From: Eledone cirrhosa
Taxonomy: Eukaryota
Direction: 5' to 3'
Assembly: GCA_964016885.1 (NCBI GenBank)
Contig: OZ024756.1
Coordinates: 35,836,001-35,900,000 of the forward strand
Length of the DNA: 64,000 nt
In this document: piece after piece, positions 26,443 through 38,218 of the stretch
Numbering within the stretch: position 1 is the stretch's first letter
Layout of the letters: the number at the start of each line of letters is the position of its first letter
Notes under the pieces: model-generated
The model's input: the letters and a program-made list of their open reading frames with translations, nothing else
What the model was told of the DNA's origin: nothing
The model's database searches: none
Made by a program: the position numbers and the translations under genes

Positions 26443-27089
26443 GGGGGGGGGGGGCAAGAAAGTAATGCGCATTTAGACATTCAGCTATGATACTGCATAC
26501 ATAACAACCTTATATTCAATAACATCACTACTTTCATACATACATACATACAGCTAGACATCAAAGCACTCGGACAAACGTCGAACCTTCTCCGCCGGGG
26601 GTTCTTAACCATTTTATGATTCAGCCCCTCGGCCACTTCCAGGGGATTGTCCTTACACTCTGTTCGACAAGTTGTAACAATCATCATCACCAACTAATTA
26701 TAGCCCTTTATGATCCGAGTTCAAATCCTGTCGAGGTTAACTTTGCCTTTCATCCTTACAGGGTCGATAAAATAAAGCACCAGTAATGTATTTGGGTAAT
26801 TGCTGGCCTCGCGCCTAAAGTAGAAACAATTATTTTCCAATTAGTTTCATTGGATGCCAGTAGGACTTCAAATACCTCCCCGTTACTTCATTTCTGCTTA
26901 ATAAATCTGCAACACAGCTACGCAAAGACATTTATAAGGATTTTGTCATATTTATTTATAGAAGACACTACTGGATTATTGAGTCCCCTAGCCGTAGTTT
27001 TTGGTTTTTTCATAGGGTTGTGGTTTGTCAAATTTATTTTGTTGTGAAACTCTCTATACGATTTTCTAAAAATCGCGGAACCCATAACT

Positions 27090-27865
27090 ATATTTTAGAT
27101 AGCCAACCATACTCAGATACAGATGCACACTTCATTCGACAGTTTATATGGAAACCTCGTATAGTTAGCCGGCCATACTCAGGTACAAATCCACACTTCC
27201 TTCGACAGCGTTTATATGGAAACCCTGTATAGCAGACATGTCAAACATGCGGCCCGCACAAAGTTTTTTTTAAGCGCGAGCATGTTTTATCTTCGTAATA
27301 TAAAATTGAAAAAATTAGTTGTAATGTGCGCAATCATTTGTCGTGTGTGACCCTCAGACAACACATATGTGACCCATGTGGCCCGCGAGGGACCCTCGGT
27401 ATGACATGCCTGCTGTATAGCTAGCCAACTATACATAGACATAAGTCCTAACTTCCTACGACAACATTTATATGGAAACCCTATATAGCTAGTTAACCAT
27501 ACATAGACACAAATCCTAACTTCCTACAGCAGTTTTTATGGAAACCCTGTATAGTTAGCCAACCATACATAGACACAAATCCTAACTTCCTACAACAGTT
27601 TTTATGGAAACCCTGTATAGTTAGCCAACCATACATAGACACAAATCCTAACTTCCTACAACAGTTTTTATGGAAGCCCTGTATAGTTAGCCAACCATAC
27701 ATAGACACAAATCCTAACTTCCTACAACAGTTTTTATGGAAACCCTGTATAGTTAGCCAACTATACATAGACACAAATCCTAACTTCCTACAACAGTTTT
27801 TATGGAAACCCTGTATAGTTAGCCAACTATACATAGACACAAATCAACACTTCCTACGACAGTTT
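27090..27865. repeat. 66-bp minisatellite, interrupted by a hAT MITE
   Basis: Unit atagttagccaaccatacatagacacaaatcctaacttcctacaacagtttttatggaaaccctgt; about 6 homogeneous copies right of the MITE and diverged copies to its left. Confidence 0.9.
27233..27412. mobile_element. hAT-type MITE
   Basis: TIR CAGACATGTCAAAC / GTATGACATGCCTG; exact 8-bp TSD CTGTATAG at 27225-27232 and 27413-27420. Confidence 0.88.
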
Positions 27866-27869
27866 ATCC

Positions 27870-28026
27870 CAGGGCCGGATTTAGATTTGATGAGGCCCTA
27901 AGCTATTTGAGATAATGGGGCCCCTTATATGTCCAGATGTCCTATGTCAGCGACAAATTATCGCTGTTTTTTTGTGTGGGGGCCCTAAGCTATAGTTTGT
28001 TTAGCTTATACGTAAATCCCACTCTG
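27870..28026. mobile_element. hAT-type MITE, second family
   Basis: TIR CAGGGCCGGATTTA / TAAATCCCACTCTG; exact 8-bp TSD GTTTATCC at 27862-27869 and 28027-28034. Confidence 0.85.
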
Positions 28027-28351
28027 GTTTATCCATACTCAGGCATAAAATCACACACGTCGTACGATAGAGCTAATGATCTACTTCACATGATCCGTCA
28101 TATTAACACCTGGTGTCGCAGCAATCACACCGCCGTATAGCTTTTATTTACACTATCGTTCTTATACTGGGTTGTTGGATTATCTTCTAACGAAAGTATA
28201 TAGTAAGTGTGCGTATAGCTCTTATGTGTATGGTATTATGTGTGAGGGGTGTGTCTGTGTGTATTTAGTACGTGGTATGTATACGTATTTAGTGTATATA
28301 TATATATATATATATCTTCGTGTATTTGTAATTGGCTTTTAAATTATTCAA

Positions 28352-28432
<81 letters not shown>

Positions 28433-28628
28433 TACAAATTTTATATACAAGCTTTAGTTTGCGGCCAAGCTAACGAATGCATGCAAATTCGGTCTGTAGC
28501 TTTAGCACTCGGATGGAGAAAAGTACCCCAGAATAATAACAATACGTTTAGACAGCTTAGCAAATCAAATATAGCGATCGGCAGTCCAGCCGCATCACTA
28601 GAGCAACGAAACTACAGGACTCAGGAAT

Positions 28629-29063
28629 ATATTAATTCAAAATATTAATAAATATAGACATTCACATAATCAAAATATATTTTATTATATATATTTCGGA
28701 GGTACTGTGTTGTTTTTTCAGTACGTCTTCATCAGATAAAATATATAAATTGATGTATGACATACCTCAACTGTGCTGATGGTTCAATTCCAGTCTTGGC
28801 AGTTTGGAATTGAACTATCAGCACAGTTGAGGTATGTCATACATCAATTTATATATTTTATCTGATGAGGACGTACTAAAAAAACAGCACAGTACCTCCG
28901 AAATATAGATAATAAAATATATTTTGATTACGTGAATGTCTATATTTATTAATATTTTGAATTAATATTAATAACTCCAGAAAACATTTTTGCTGTTGAG
29001 TGCTTCTAACCTATTGCAAAACTATATTCATTGATTAATCAGTGAACCTTGTTTAACTTTTGG

Positions 29064-29066
<3 letters not shown>
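28629..29066. mobile_element. Palindromic hammerhead-bearing element, copy 2, inverted relative to copy 1
   Basis: Same palindrome with a few substitutions near the apex; tail 28970-29066 is the reverse complement of 25549-25645; followed by (TA)n. Confidence 0.75.
28851..28922 (+). ncRNA. Minimal type-I hammerhead ribozyme, same family as 25868-25939 (mirror copy on - strand ~28675-28746)
   Basis: CTGATGA 28862-28868, GAAA 28900-28903, same stem I and nearly the same stem II. Confidence 0.78.
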
Positions 29067-29109
<43 letters not shown>

Positions 29110-29844
29110 TTATCTATCTATCGATATATAGGCTACCTATCAGTCTATCTACTAATCTATTTACTCAATTGTTTCTCTCTCTCTCTCTCTCACCCCCCCC
29201 CCTCTGCAAATTGTAGTGTTGTAGCTCTGATAAACTGCATGCAATACACTCTTTAAAGTGGTAGTGCCAGTACCATGATAAAATTCACCCAGTACACTCT
29301 ATAAAATGGTTGTGCTGGTGCTACAATAAAATGCACCCAGTACATTCTGGAAAGTGGCAGTGCTAGTACCATGATAAAATACACCCAGTTTGGTACCGTG
29401 ACAAAATGCACCCAGTACACACTGTATAAATCTTACTGAATCCTTAACGTATATAAATGATATGTCCCATCGCTCCCCAGACCCATCTGAGAGGACAGTG
29501 GCACCAATTAGATTTGGTCTGTGTTAACCCATCCAACCCATGTCACCATTGAAAAATGGATGTTAATGATGATGATGATGATGATGATTAACGACTAGAT
29601 CACTACTGGTATGTGTGTTTATAAGTGACAAAATGACCCTCCCAAAATACAGAAGTACTTGCTATTACCTACATTCATTTGAGAACAGATAGTCTGGGAA
29701 AGTTCACTGTGGTTGACTAGCATCATATCCAGGGGGAGATTGTATATCTCATTTGTTCATACCAGGATGTGAGTGACATACACATTCCTCTAATCACAAT
29801 ACTACGATTTCTTTTGCTTGTAACATCTCTAAGGTGGAAGCAAC

Positions 29845-30420
29845 TATCTTCCATAGCAACCATTTTTCTTAGCAATTATCTTCCTTAGCATCCATCTTCT
29901 TTAGCAAATACCTTTCTTGGCAACCATCTTCCTTAGCAACAATCTTCCTTAGCAACAGTCTTCCTTAACAACTGTCTTCTTTAGCAAACATCTTCCTTAG
30001 CAACTGTCTTCTTTAGCAACATCTTCCTTAGAAACTGTCTCCTTAGCAACTGTCTTCATTAGCAACATCTTTCTTAGCAACATCTTCCTTAGCAAATGTC
30101 TTCCTTAGCAACTGCCTTCATTAACAACTGTCTTCCTTAGCAACTGTCTTCTTTAGCAACTGTCTTCCTTAGCAACTGTCTTCCTTAGCAACTGTCTTCC
30201 TTAGCAACTGTCTTCATTAGCAAACTGTCTTCCTTAGCAACTGTCTTCCTTAGCAACATCTTCCTTAGCAAACTGTCTTCCTTAACAACATCTTCCTTAG
30301 CAAACTGTTTTCCTTAGCAACTGTCTTCATTAGCAAACTGTCTTCCTTAGCAACTGTCTTCCTTAGCAACATCTTCCTTAGAAACTGTCTTCCTTAGCAA
30401 CTGTCTTCATTAGCAACGAC
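29845..30420. repeat. ~16-bp minisatellite (tgtcttccttagcaac)n
   Basis: Direct inspection. Confidence 0.9.
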
Positions 30421-30837
30421 CTCTCATTCATATGTTCCATCTTTGACATGGCTTCTATGGCTCCATGCCCTTCTTACATTCAACCACTCTACAGAGTGTA
30501 CTGGGTGCATTTTATGATGGCACCAACACTAGTGAGTTGCTTCGAGAGTAAAGAGTACTCCCTACTTTGCCGTTTAATCAAGGCAGTGTGACCCAGAGAA
30601 GGAATAAATGAAAGAAGATTGACAGAAGAAGGACCAGGAAGGGTGGGTGAGGGTTACAATGGAGAAAACAAGTGAATTGGAGTGAGGGGAAGAAACGAGA
30701 GAGTGTACTAACCTCTTCTATTTTTATATTTCTAATTAAAATATGCTATAATTTAATTAATTGAAGAAGAATTTCGAGTGGTTTATCATAATTATTTATT
30801 ATTTCATTTTAAAAATATTTGTAACATAACTTAATAA

Positions 30838-31055
30838 ACCTTTAGCATTTACATTACTCTATATTAACTATATTTTCATGGTAAAGGCTTTATTTCACAT
30901 TATTATCTCACATAATATCAAATCTATGAGATTTTCATATTATTTATTTTGAGAACAATACCTTAATGCTGGTATGAGAGGCCGGTTATGACCAGTTTGA
31001 ACTGAAAGAGCTGAGAGAATTCTGGCCGGATATGACTGGTTTAAATGCTAAAGGC
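30838..31055. mobile_element. piggyBac-type MITE copy, opposite orientation to 6985-7188
   Basis: cctttagcatttac...taaatgctaaaggc-TTAA; interior is the reverse complement of the 6985 copy. Confidence 0.72.
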
Positions 31056-31644
31056 TTAATGGTTCTTACACAAAATTATGTTGGAAGATTTCAATTTAAA
31101 TGGGTGTTTTTGTTTCAAAGAACCAGAAGTGGTTTTGAAGTGGGTTGATATAAAAATGGATTAAAATGGATTAAATAGGTGTTTTTGTTTCAAAAAACCA
31201 GAGAGGATTTGGGCTGGGTTGATATAAAAAAAAAGGATTTGGCTAATTCAATTGTTAAAAGTTTGTTGTTATGTATCGATGTTTCAGGGAACCAGTGAGA
31301 ACGCCATGACACTACATTATGGTTTATTCCACATCTGACGGACTCTCCAAGATTTCTCCTTACAACAGACTACAATAACCAAATATTGATTACACCAAAC
31401 TCTATTGATTTGATATGAACTAGATAAAACTACACAAGGAAATACTAAAGGAAAACACTATATTTTTTGTAATACACACATACACACAAATATACATACA
31501 CATACATACACAGACAAACATACACACATATTCTCATGTCCACACTGACATAGAGTTACATTCACACACACATCTATACTGACATACAGTCAAGTTCCAA
31601 AACACACACACACACATACTAATTCGTCAATAGTCACACCATAT

Positions 31645-31945
31645 ACAGATTAAAGATTGATGGTACTCATACTAAATATTGACTAAAGATTGAATGTACT
31701 GATGTTAAATTTGACTAAAGATTGACGGTGGTGATACTAAATAGTGACTAAAGATTGACTTAGTGATACTAAATGCTGGCTAAAGATCAACTTTGTGATA
31801 CTAAATGTTGACTAAAGATCAAGTTTAATGATCTAAACAGTGACTAAAGATTAGTGATACTAAATGTTGACTAAAGATCGAGTCTAATGATCTAAACAGT
31901 GACTAAAGATTGACTTAGTGATACTAAACAGCAACTAAAGTTTTA
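31645..31945. repeat. ~30-bp diverged minisatellite (gactaaagat...tactaaa) just upstream of ENT4 coding exon 1
   Basis: Recurrent gactaaagat. Confidence 0.8.
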
Positions 31946-31988
31946 CTATTAATCTACGTCTGTTACATTCCCGTGAAAACAGAGCAAA

Positions 31989-32201
31989 ATGGATGAAACA
32001 TTCACAAATGGTTATTGTCAAATGAAAGACTCTCCTGTTGACCACAGGAAAGCTGAAGGGTCATTTAGGCCACAGGCCCCTAAGGATAAAATGAAACCTC
32101 CTCATGATCCATGCAGTTGTATTTACCTGGCCCTTGTCATGTCAGGTGCCGGATTCCTTCTTCCATATAACAGTTTCATCACTGCAGTGGATTACTACCA
32201 G
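31989..32201 (+). CDS. SLC29A4: Equilibrative nucleoside transporter 4-like, coding exon 1
   Basis: PPHD...IYLALVMSGAGFLLPYNSFITAVDYYQ is the ENT TM1 signature; acceptor AG 31981-31982, ATG 31989, donor GTAAGT at 32202, phase 0. Confidence 0.9.
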
Positions 32202-32209
32202 GTAAGTAC

Positions 32210-32995
32210 TTGTTGTTGTTGTTGATGGTGGTGTTGAGGTTGTTGGTAATGGTGTTGTTGGTGGTGTTAGTTGTGATGTTGGTGGTGGTGTTGGTTGTGT
32301 TGTTGTTGGTGTTGGTGGTGGTGGTGTTGAGGTTGTTGGTGGTGGTGGTGGTGGTTTTGTTGTTGTTGTTGGTGTTGTTGTTGGTGGTGGTGGTGGTGGT
32401 GTTGTTGTTGTTGTTGGTGGTGTTGTTGTTGGTGGTGGTGGTGGTGTTGTTGTTGTTGTTGGTGTTGTTGTTGTCGGTGGTGGTGTTGTTGTTGTTGTTG
32501 TTGGTGGTGATGGTGTTGTTGGTGGTGTTGTTGTTGGTGTTGGTGTTGGTGTTGTTGGTGGTGGGGGTGTTGGTGTTGTTATTGATGGTTGTGGCGGTGG
32601 TGGTGTTGGTGGTGTTGAAGTTTTTGGTTGTGATGTTGGTGTTGGTGGTGGTGTTGGTGGTGTTGGTTGTGTTGTTGTTGGTGTTGTTGGTGGTGGTGTT
32701 GTCAGTGGTGTTCTTTATGTTGGGGTTGTTGGTAGTGGTGTTGTTGGTGGTGTTGGTTGTGTTGGGGTTGTTGGTGGTAGCGTTGTCAGTGGTGTTGTTT
32801 GTGTTGGGGTTGTTGGTAGTGGTGTTGTCAGTGGTGTTGTTTGTGTTGGGGTTGTTGGTAGTGGTGTTGTCAGTGGTGTTGTTTGTGTTGGGGTTGTTGG
32901 TAGTGGTGTTGTCAGTGGTGTTGTTTGTGTTGGGGTTGTTGGTAGTGGTGTTGTCAGTGGTGTTGTTTGTGTTGGGGTTGTTGGTAGTGGTGTTC
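32210..32995. repeat. (GTT/GGT)n trinucleotide tract ending in a 42-bp higher-order unit
   Basis: Direct inspection; 14-codon repeat visible in the ORF track. Confidence 0.92.
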
Positions 32996-33466
32996 CTTCG
33001 TCAAAAGATAGAGTTAGAAATAGAAGATGAATAGAAAGTAAAGAGTGATGAGAGGAAGGAAAGGGGGAAAAATGAGAAGAAAAAAAATCGGGGAGGAAAA
33101 AAAAAACCACATGTGCATATTCAGTCGGCCACATATATTGGACAGGCTTCCAAAGAGGTTCTGTCAACCAAATTTCACTCACAAAGCATTGGTCAACCGG
33201 AGGCTATAGTAAAGGACACTTTACTCCATCTAATCCATGCTAGCATAGAAGATGGACGTTAAACAATGATGATGATGATGATGATGATGACTTCCCCAAG
33301 ATGTTACACTGCAGGACAACCCCAAACCATGTGATTGCAAAGAGATGATTGGTTCCTTTATATATCTCCCCATAGGTCTCTGTCTACACCCCAACCTCAC
33401 CACTACAAATTTTTTTTTTTCGTTGGAAAGAGAATATTTAATATTTATATTGTTTTTATGTTGTAG

Positions 33467-33722
33467 GACCGATTCCCAAGAACAACTATTGAGTTTGATA
33501 TGAGTCTCACCTATATTGTGGTCGCCTTCTTCAGTGTTGTCGCTACAAACGTGCTTGTGGAGACATTCAGCTTGAAACTGAGGATAACGTTTGGTTACAT
33601 TGTGGCGTTTTCTGTCTTGCTATTGGTTACCATCTGTGACATTTGGCTGGAGATGTTCTCCAAAGACACATCCTATGGCATCACATTAATGGCTGTTGGT
33701 ATGGTTGCTGTCGGATCGACAA
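33467..33722 (+). CDS. SLC29A4: ENT4-like coding exon 2
   Basis: ttgtag|DRFPRTTIEFDMSLTYI...LRITFGY...AVGST|gtaagt; phase 0 in, phase 1 out. Confidence 0.9.
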
Positions 33723-33907
33723 GTAAGTTGTACATACATATACATATATAGATACATACAAGATGATGGCTGCAACTTGATTTCAAGTAATGCCTTTGCT
33801 TGATACTTGAGCATGTGCATCATGGACGTGGCTTTTTAGTCCTGCTAGGGACTTGCCTATGGCCAGCAATACCATGCATCACAAAAAAATGTCACATATC
33901 AAGTGAT

Positions 33908-34460
33908 GCCTGTCCTATATTCCCACCAGTTTTATCCTATATTCCCCCCCAGTTTTATCCTCTATTCCCACCAGTTTTGTCCTATATTTCCACCAGTTTT
34001 GTCCTATATTCCCACCAGTTGTTTTGTCCTATATTCCCACCAATTCTGTCCTATATTCCTTCCAGTTTTGTCCTATATTCCCACCAATTCTGTCCTATAT
34101 TCCCACCAGTTTTGTTCTATATTCCCACCAATTCTGTCCTCTATTCCCACCAATTCTGTCCTATATTCCTACCAGTTTTGTCCTCTATTCCCACCAGTTT
34201 TGTCCTCTATTCCCACCAGTTTTGTCCTATATTCCCACCAGTTTTGTCCTATATTCCCACCAGTTTTGTCCTATATTCCCACCAATTCTGTCCTATATTC
34301 TCACCAGTTTTGTCCTATATTCCCACCAGTTTTGTCCTATATTCCCACCAGTTTTGTCCTATATTCCCACCAGTTTTGTCCTATATTCCCACCAGTTTTG
34401 TCCTATATTCCCACCAATTCTGTCCTATATTCCCACCAGTTTTGTCCTATATTCCTCCCA
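33908..34460. repeat. 22-bp minisatellite (ttttgtcctatattcccaccag)n, about 25 copies
   Basis: Direct inspection. Confidence 0.92.
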
Positions 34461-34493
34461 CACTAATCTTCTATTGATCTCTCTCCATTGTAG

Positions 34494-34568
34494 TTCAACA
34501 ATCCAGTTTCTATGGTTACACAAGTATGTTACCCCACCGCTACACACAGGCTGTTATGACTGGAGAAA
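34494..34568 (+). CDS. SLC29A4: ENT4-like coding exon 3
   Basis: ttgtag|(I)QQSSFYGYTSMLPHRYTQAVMTGE(S)|gtgagt; ENT4 motif QQSSFYG...YTQAVMTGES; 75 nt, phase 1-1. Confidence 0.92.
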
Positions 34569-34679
34569 GTGAGTATTATTGATCTTCATTCTCTATAGAT
34601 AGTCGAGTGATTAGTGTGATTCATTAAGTTCCTGGGTATTTGTTTCCATTCTCAGTACTCTGGGTTCAAATCTCGCTGT

Positions 34680-35095
34680 GGGTGTGTGTGGGTGTGGTAT
34701 GGTTTCTGTGTGTGTGGGTGTGGTATGGTCTATGTGTGTGTGTGTGTGGTAGGGTCTGTGTGTGTGTGTGTGGTATGGTCTGTGTGTGTGTATGTGTGGT
34801 ATGGTCTGTGTGTGTATGTGTGTGGTATGGTCTATGTGTGTGTATGTGTGGTATGGTCTGTGTGTGTGTGTGGTATGGTCTGTGTGTGTGTATGTGTGGT
34901 AGGGTCTGTGTGAGTGTGTGGTATGGTCTGTGTGTATGTATGTGTGGTATGGTCTGTGTGTGTGTGGTATGGTCTGTGTATGTGTGTGTATGTGTGGTAT
35001 GGTCTGTGTGTGTGTGTGTGGTATGGTCTGTGTATGTGTGTGTGGTATGGTCTGTGTGTGTGTGGCATGGTCTTTGAGTGTGTGTGGTATGGTCT
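34680..35095. repeat. (GT)n-ggtatggtct compound repeat, followed by (CTT)n
   Basis: Direct inspection. Confidence 0.88.
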
Positions 35096-35257
35096 TTTTC
35101 TTTTTTCTTCTTCTTCGTCTCCTCCTCCATCATCTTCTTAATCTTCTTCTTTTTTCTTCTTCTTTTTCTTCTTCTTCTTCTTCTTCTTCTTCTTCTTCTC
35201 ATACTTCTTCTTCTTCTCATACTTCTTCTTCTTCTTCCCCTTTATTCCCATAACTAG

Positions 35258-35508
35258 GTGCAGCAGGTTTAGTTATTTCAAGCAACCGTATCCTCACCAA
35301 GGCTTTACTACACAACCAAAGGACGAACACGATCATCTTCTTCACAATTTCCCTCACAATCGTCAGCCTCTGTGCCATATTGTTCCACGTGGTGCGCCGC
35401 AGTCAGTTTGTCCGCTACTACGTCAGCCAATGTGAGATGGCAGGTGTTGCTGAAGAGCAACGAGGAATTACCAACCCTAACCCAGCGTCTGGTCCTTTCA
35501 CCGAGGAA
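35258..35508 (+). CDS. SLC29A4: ENT4-like coding exon 4 (alternative donor could end it at 35517)
   Basis: actag|(S)AAGLVISSNRILTKALL...TIIFFTIS...FVRYY...EE|gtaagc; phase 1 in, phase 0 out. Confidence 0.88.
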
Positions 35509-35545
35509 GTAAGCTTAGTAAGCCCTCGTTTTATTTCATAGATGC

Positions 35546-35655
35546 TCATCATCATTATCATCATCATCATCATCATCACCGCCATCAACATCACCACCAC
35601 CATTACCATCATCATCACCACCACCATCATCATTATCATCACCACCACATTCACC

Positions 35656-35689
<34 letters not shown>

Positions 35690-36055
35690 TCATCACCGCC
35701 ATCAGTATCACCACAACCATTACCATCATCACCACCATCATCTTCATCATCACCACCACCACCACCACCACCATCATCATCACCACCATCATCTTCATTT
35801 TCTTTATCATCATCATCACCATCATCACCATCATCACCACCATTATTGACATCAGCATCGCCACCACCATTACCATTATCATCATCATCATCATCACCAC
35901 CATCACCAACATCATTATCATCATCATCACCACTGCCGTCACCATCACCACCATCCTCATCACCACCACCACCATCATCATCACTATCACCACCATCATT
36001 ATCATCATCATCACCACTACCATCACTTTCATCACCACTACCGTTGCCATTACCA
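35546..36055. repeat. (CAT/CAC)n trinucleotide tract
   Basis: Direct inspection. Confidence 0.92.
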
Positions 36056-36094
36056 TGAAACTTGGCCTTATTCCCATCATTATCACCAGAATGT

Positions 36095-36630
36095 AAAGGG
36101 CCGTAACTCTATGCCGCTAAGCATACTTTTCGATACCTTACCGATTCTGCCAATCCTCCACCCTCATTGAAAATAATTTTCTACTTTTGGTACAAGGCCA
36201 GCAATTACCCAGTGTATTACTGGTACTTTATTTTATCAACCCCGTAAGGATCAAAGCAAAGTTAACCTCGGCAGGATTTGAACTGAGGCCATAAAGGCAC
36301 GTAACTCTATGCTGAAAAGCATGGCGTCCGACCCTCTACCAATACTGCCAATCCACCAGCCTTACCCTCATTAAAAATAATTATTTCTACTTTTGCCACA
36401 AGGCCAGCAATTATCCCAGTGCATTACTGGTACTTGATTTTATCGACTCCGTAAGGATGAAAGGCAAAGTTAACCTCGCTGGAATTTGAACTGAGGCCGT
36501 AAAGGGACATAACTCTATGCTGGAAAGCATGGCGTCCGACCCCCCACCCCCCACCCACGGAATGGAAAGGGCCGTAACTCTATGCGTCAAAGCATGACGT
36601 CCGACCCTCTACCGATACTCCCAATCCAAA
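36095..36630 (-). mobile_element. Cluster of minus-strand dominant SINE copies in ENT4 intron 4
   Basis: Two full reverse-complement copies (~36175-36360, ~36378-36545) plus head fragments on either side. Confidence 0.82.
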
Positions 36631-36708
36631 AATAATATGACCAGGAAAGAGTCAACAACAAAGATGTTTGTTAATTCTGACCTCTGGCTATGTTTTGACT
36701 ATTTCAAG

Positions 36709-36952
36709 GTGGATATAATGGAGCACACTGGTCAGAGAGGAAGCTATGGTGTGTTAGTCATCCAAAGTCCAACATCTGCCAGTATACAACAGGAGTTCCT
36801 CACAGAGTCAGTTCCTGTCACCCCAACAACAGCCACCAATCCAGAAGTGAAACCAGCTACAGCCAAAGAACTGACCAAAATCAATGAACAAGAGGTGAAA
36901 TATAGAGGTCATGTTTATAAAGTTCAAGTTCCCAAAATGTCATCGGTTAAAA
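36709..36952 (+). CDS. SLC29A4: ENT4-like coding exon 5 (large cytoplasmic loop)
   Basis: ttcaag|VDIMEHTGQRGSYGVL...MSSVK|gtaagt; open frame with phases 0-1 matching its neighbours; poorly conserved loop sequence. Confidence 0.75.
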
Positions 36953-37377
36953 GTAAGTAAAATACTGCATTGGTTTTTTTCCTAAAATATTTTTTCCTTA
37001 AATAAATCTAAAAAATCTACCATGCGTTCTGGAGGCAAAAGTTTGTTTATTATTTTTTTTCAAATTTTTGGTTGTCAAAATTAGGGTGCGTCCTTGAGGA
37101 CAAAGCATCTTCAGTGCTGGGAAATACGGTATGTATACATATATATATATAAATATATATATATAGGAAAAGGTATGACCCCGACGGCAGAGCTCAAGCC
37201 GTTACCCGGTATATACTGAAATACAAATATAAGTTGACTCCCTTCTACCATCTATTTTTTGGTCCAATATTCATTAGCTTATATTTGAGTATATATAGTA
37301 TATATATAGTATATATAGTATATATATTTATTCATTTATATAAATATTATTTCTAACAAATGTCCCTTATGTTACAG

Positions 37378-37565
37378 GGGCCCTGCTATTGCGTTGGGAA
37401 GCAACAAAATGTGTTTGGCCATATATGATATCTCTCGGAATGGCTTATTTTGTCACGTTGCTTCTGTTTCCTGGTATTGAATCTCAAATAGTCAGTTGTC
37501 GACTGCGAAGTTGGACGCCAGTAATCTTAATGGCCATTTTTAATTTATTCGATTTCATTGGGAAA
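37378..37565 (+). CDS. SLC29A4: ENT4-like coding exon 6
   Basis: ttacag|(R)ALLLRWEATKCVWPYMISLGMAYFVTLLLFPGIES...W.PVILMAIFNLFDFIGK|gtaagt; ENT motifs VTL..FPG and FN..D..GK. Confidence 0.92.
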
Positions 37566-37786
37566 GTAAGTTTTTTCTATTTCTATATTTCTAAAACAAA
37601 TACATCGCAGTCATACTATTGTTTTCTGCTTTTCAAGAAATTCTTACTGATGTGTTTTCATATGGTTTGTTAATTCAAATGTTTATAGTATTTCTACTAA
37701 TGGACAGATAGCTGTGAAAATTTTCAGTAAACTAAATACTTTAATATTTAATGTAATGCAGTCATAGTGCTGTTTTGTACCTTTAA

Positions 37787-38218
37787 CCCTTTAGCATTTA
37801 CATTACTATCCCGCCGAGGTTAACTTTGCCTTTCATCCTTACGGGGTCGATAAAATAAAGTATCAGTAATGCACTGGGTAGTTGCTGGCCTTGTGCCAAA
37901 AGTAGAAACAATTATATTTTCATAGTAAACAGGCGGTGGATTGGCAGTATAGGTAGAGAGTCGGACGCCATGCTTTCCAGCATAGTTACGTCCCTTTACG
38001 ATCTGAGTTCAAATCCCGCCGTTCAAACAATTATATTTTCATGGTAAACGCTTTATCTCACATATTTATCTCACATAATATCGAATCTATGAGATTTTTA
38101 TATTATTTATTTTGAGAACAATACCTTAACATGAGTATGAGTGGCTAGTTACAGCCGGTTTGAACTGAAAGAGGTGAGAGAATTCTGACCAGATATAGCC
38201 GGTTTAAATGCTAAAGGG
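37787..38218. mobile_element. piggyBac-type MITE copy interrupted by SINE sequence
   Basis: TTAA-CCCTTTAGCATTTA ... TAAATGCTAAAGGG-TTAA with SINE pieces at ~37810-38020. Confidence 0.78.

Noticed and set aside
27420-27865. Possible CRISPR-like array (also 49425-50097 and 7692-7960)
   Set aside because: Units repeat in full with no unique spacers, there are no cas genes, and the context is eukaryotic; these are ordinary minisatellites.
32210-33034. 274-aa poly-Val/Leu 'membrane protein' ORF and its antisense Thr/Pro ORF
   Set aside because: It is the (GTT/GGT)n tract inside ENT4 intron 1, starting 8 nt after a canonical donor.
35418-36096. Met/Val-rich and Ile/Thr-rich ORFs
   Set aside because: (CAT/CAC)n intronic tract.
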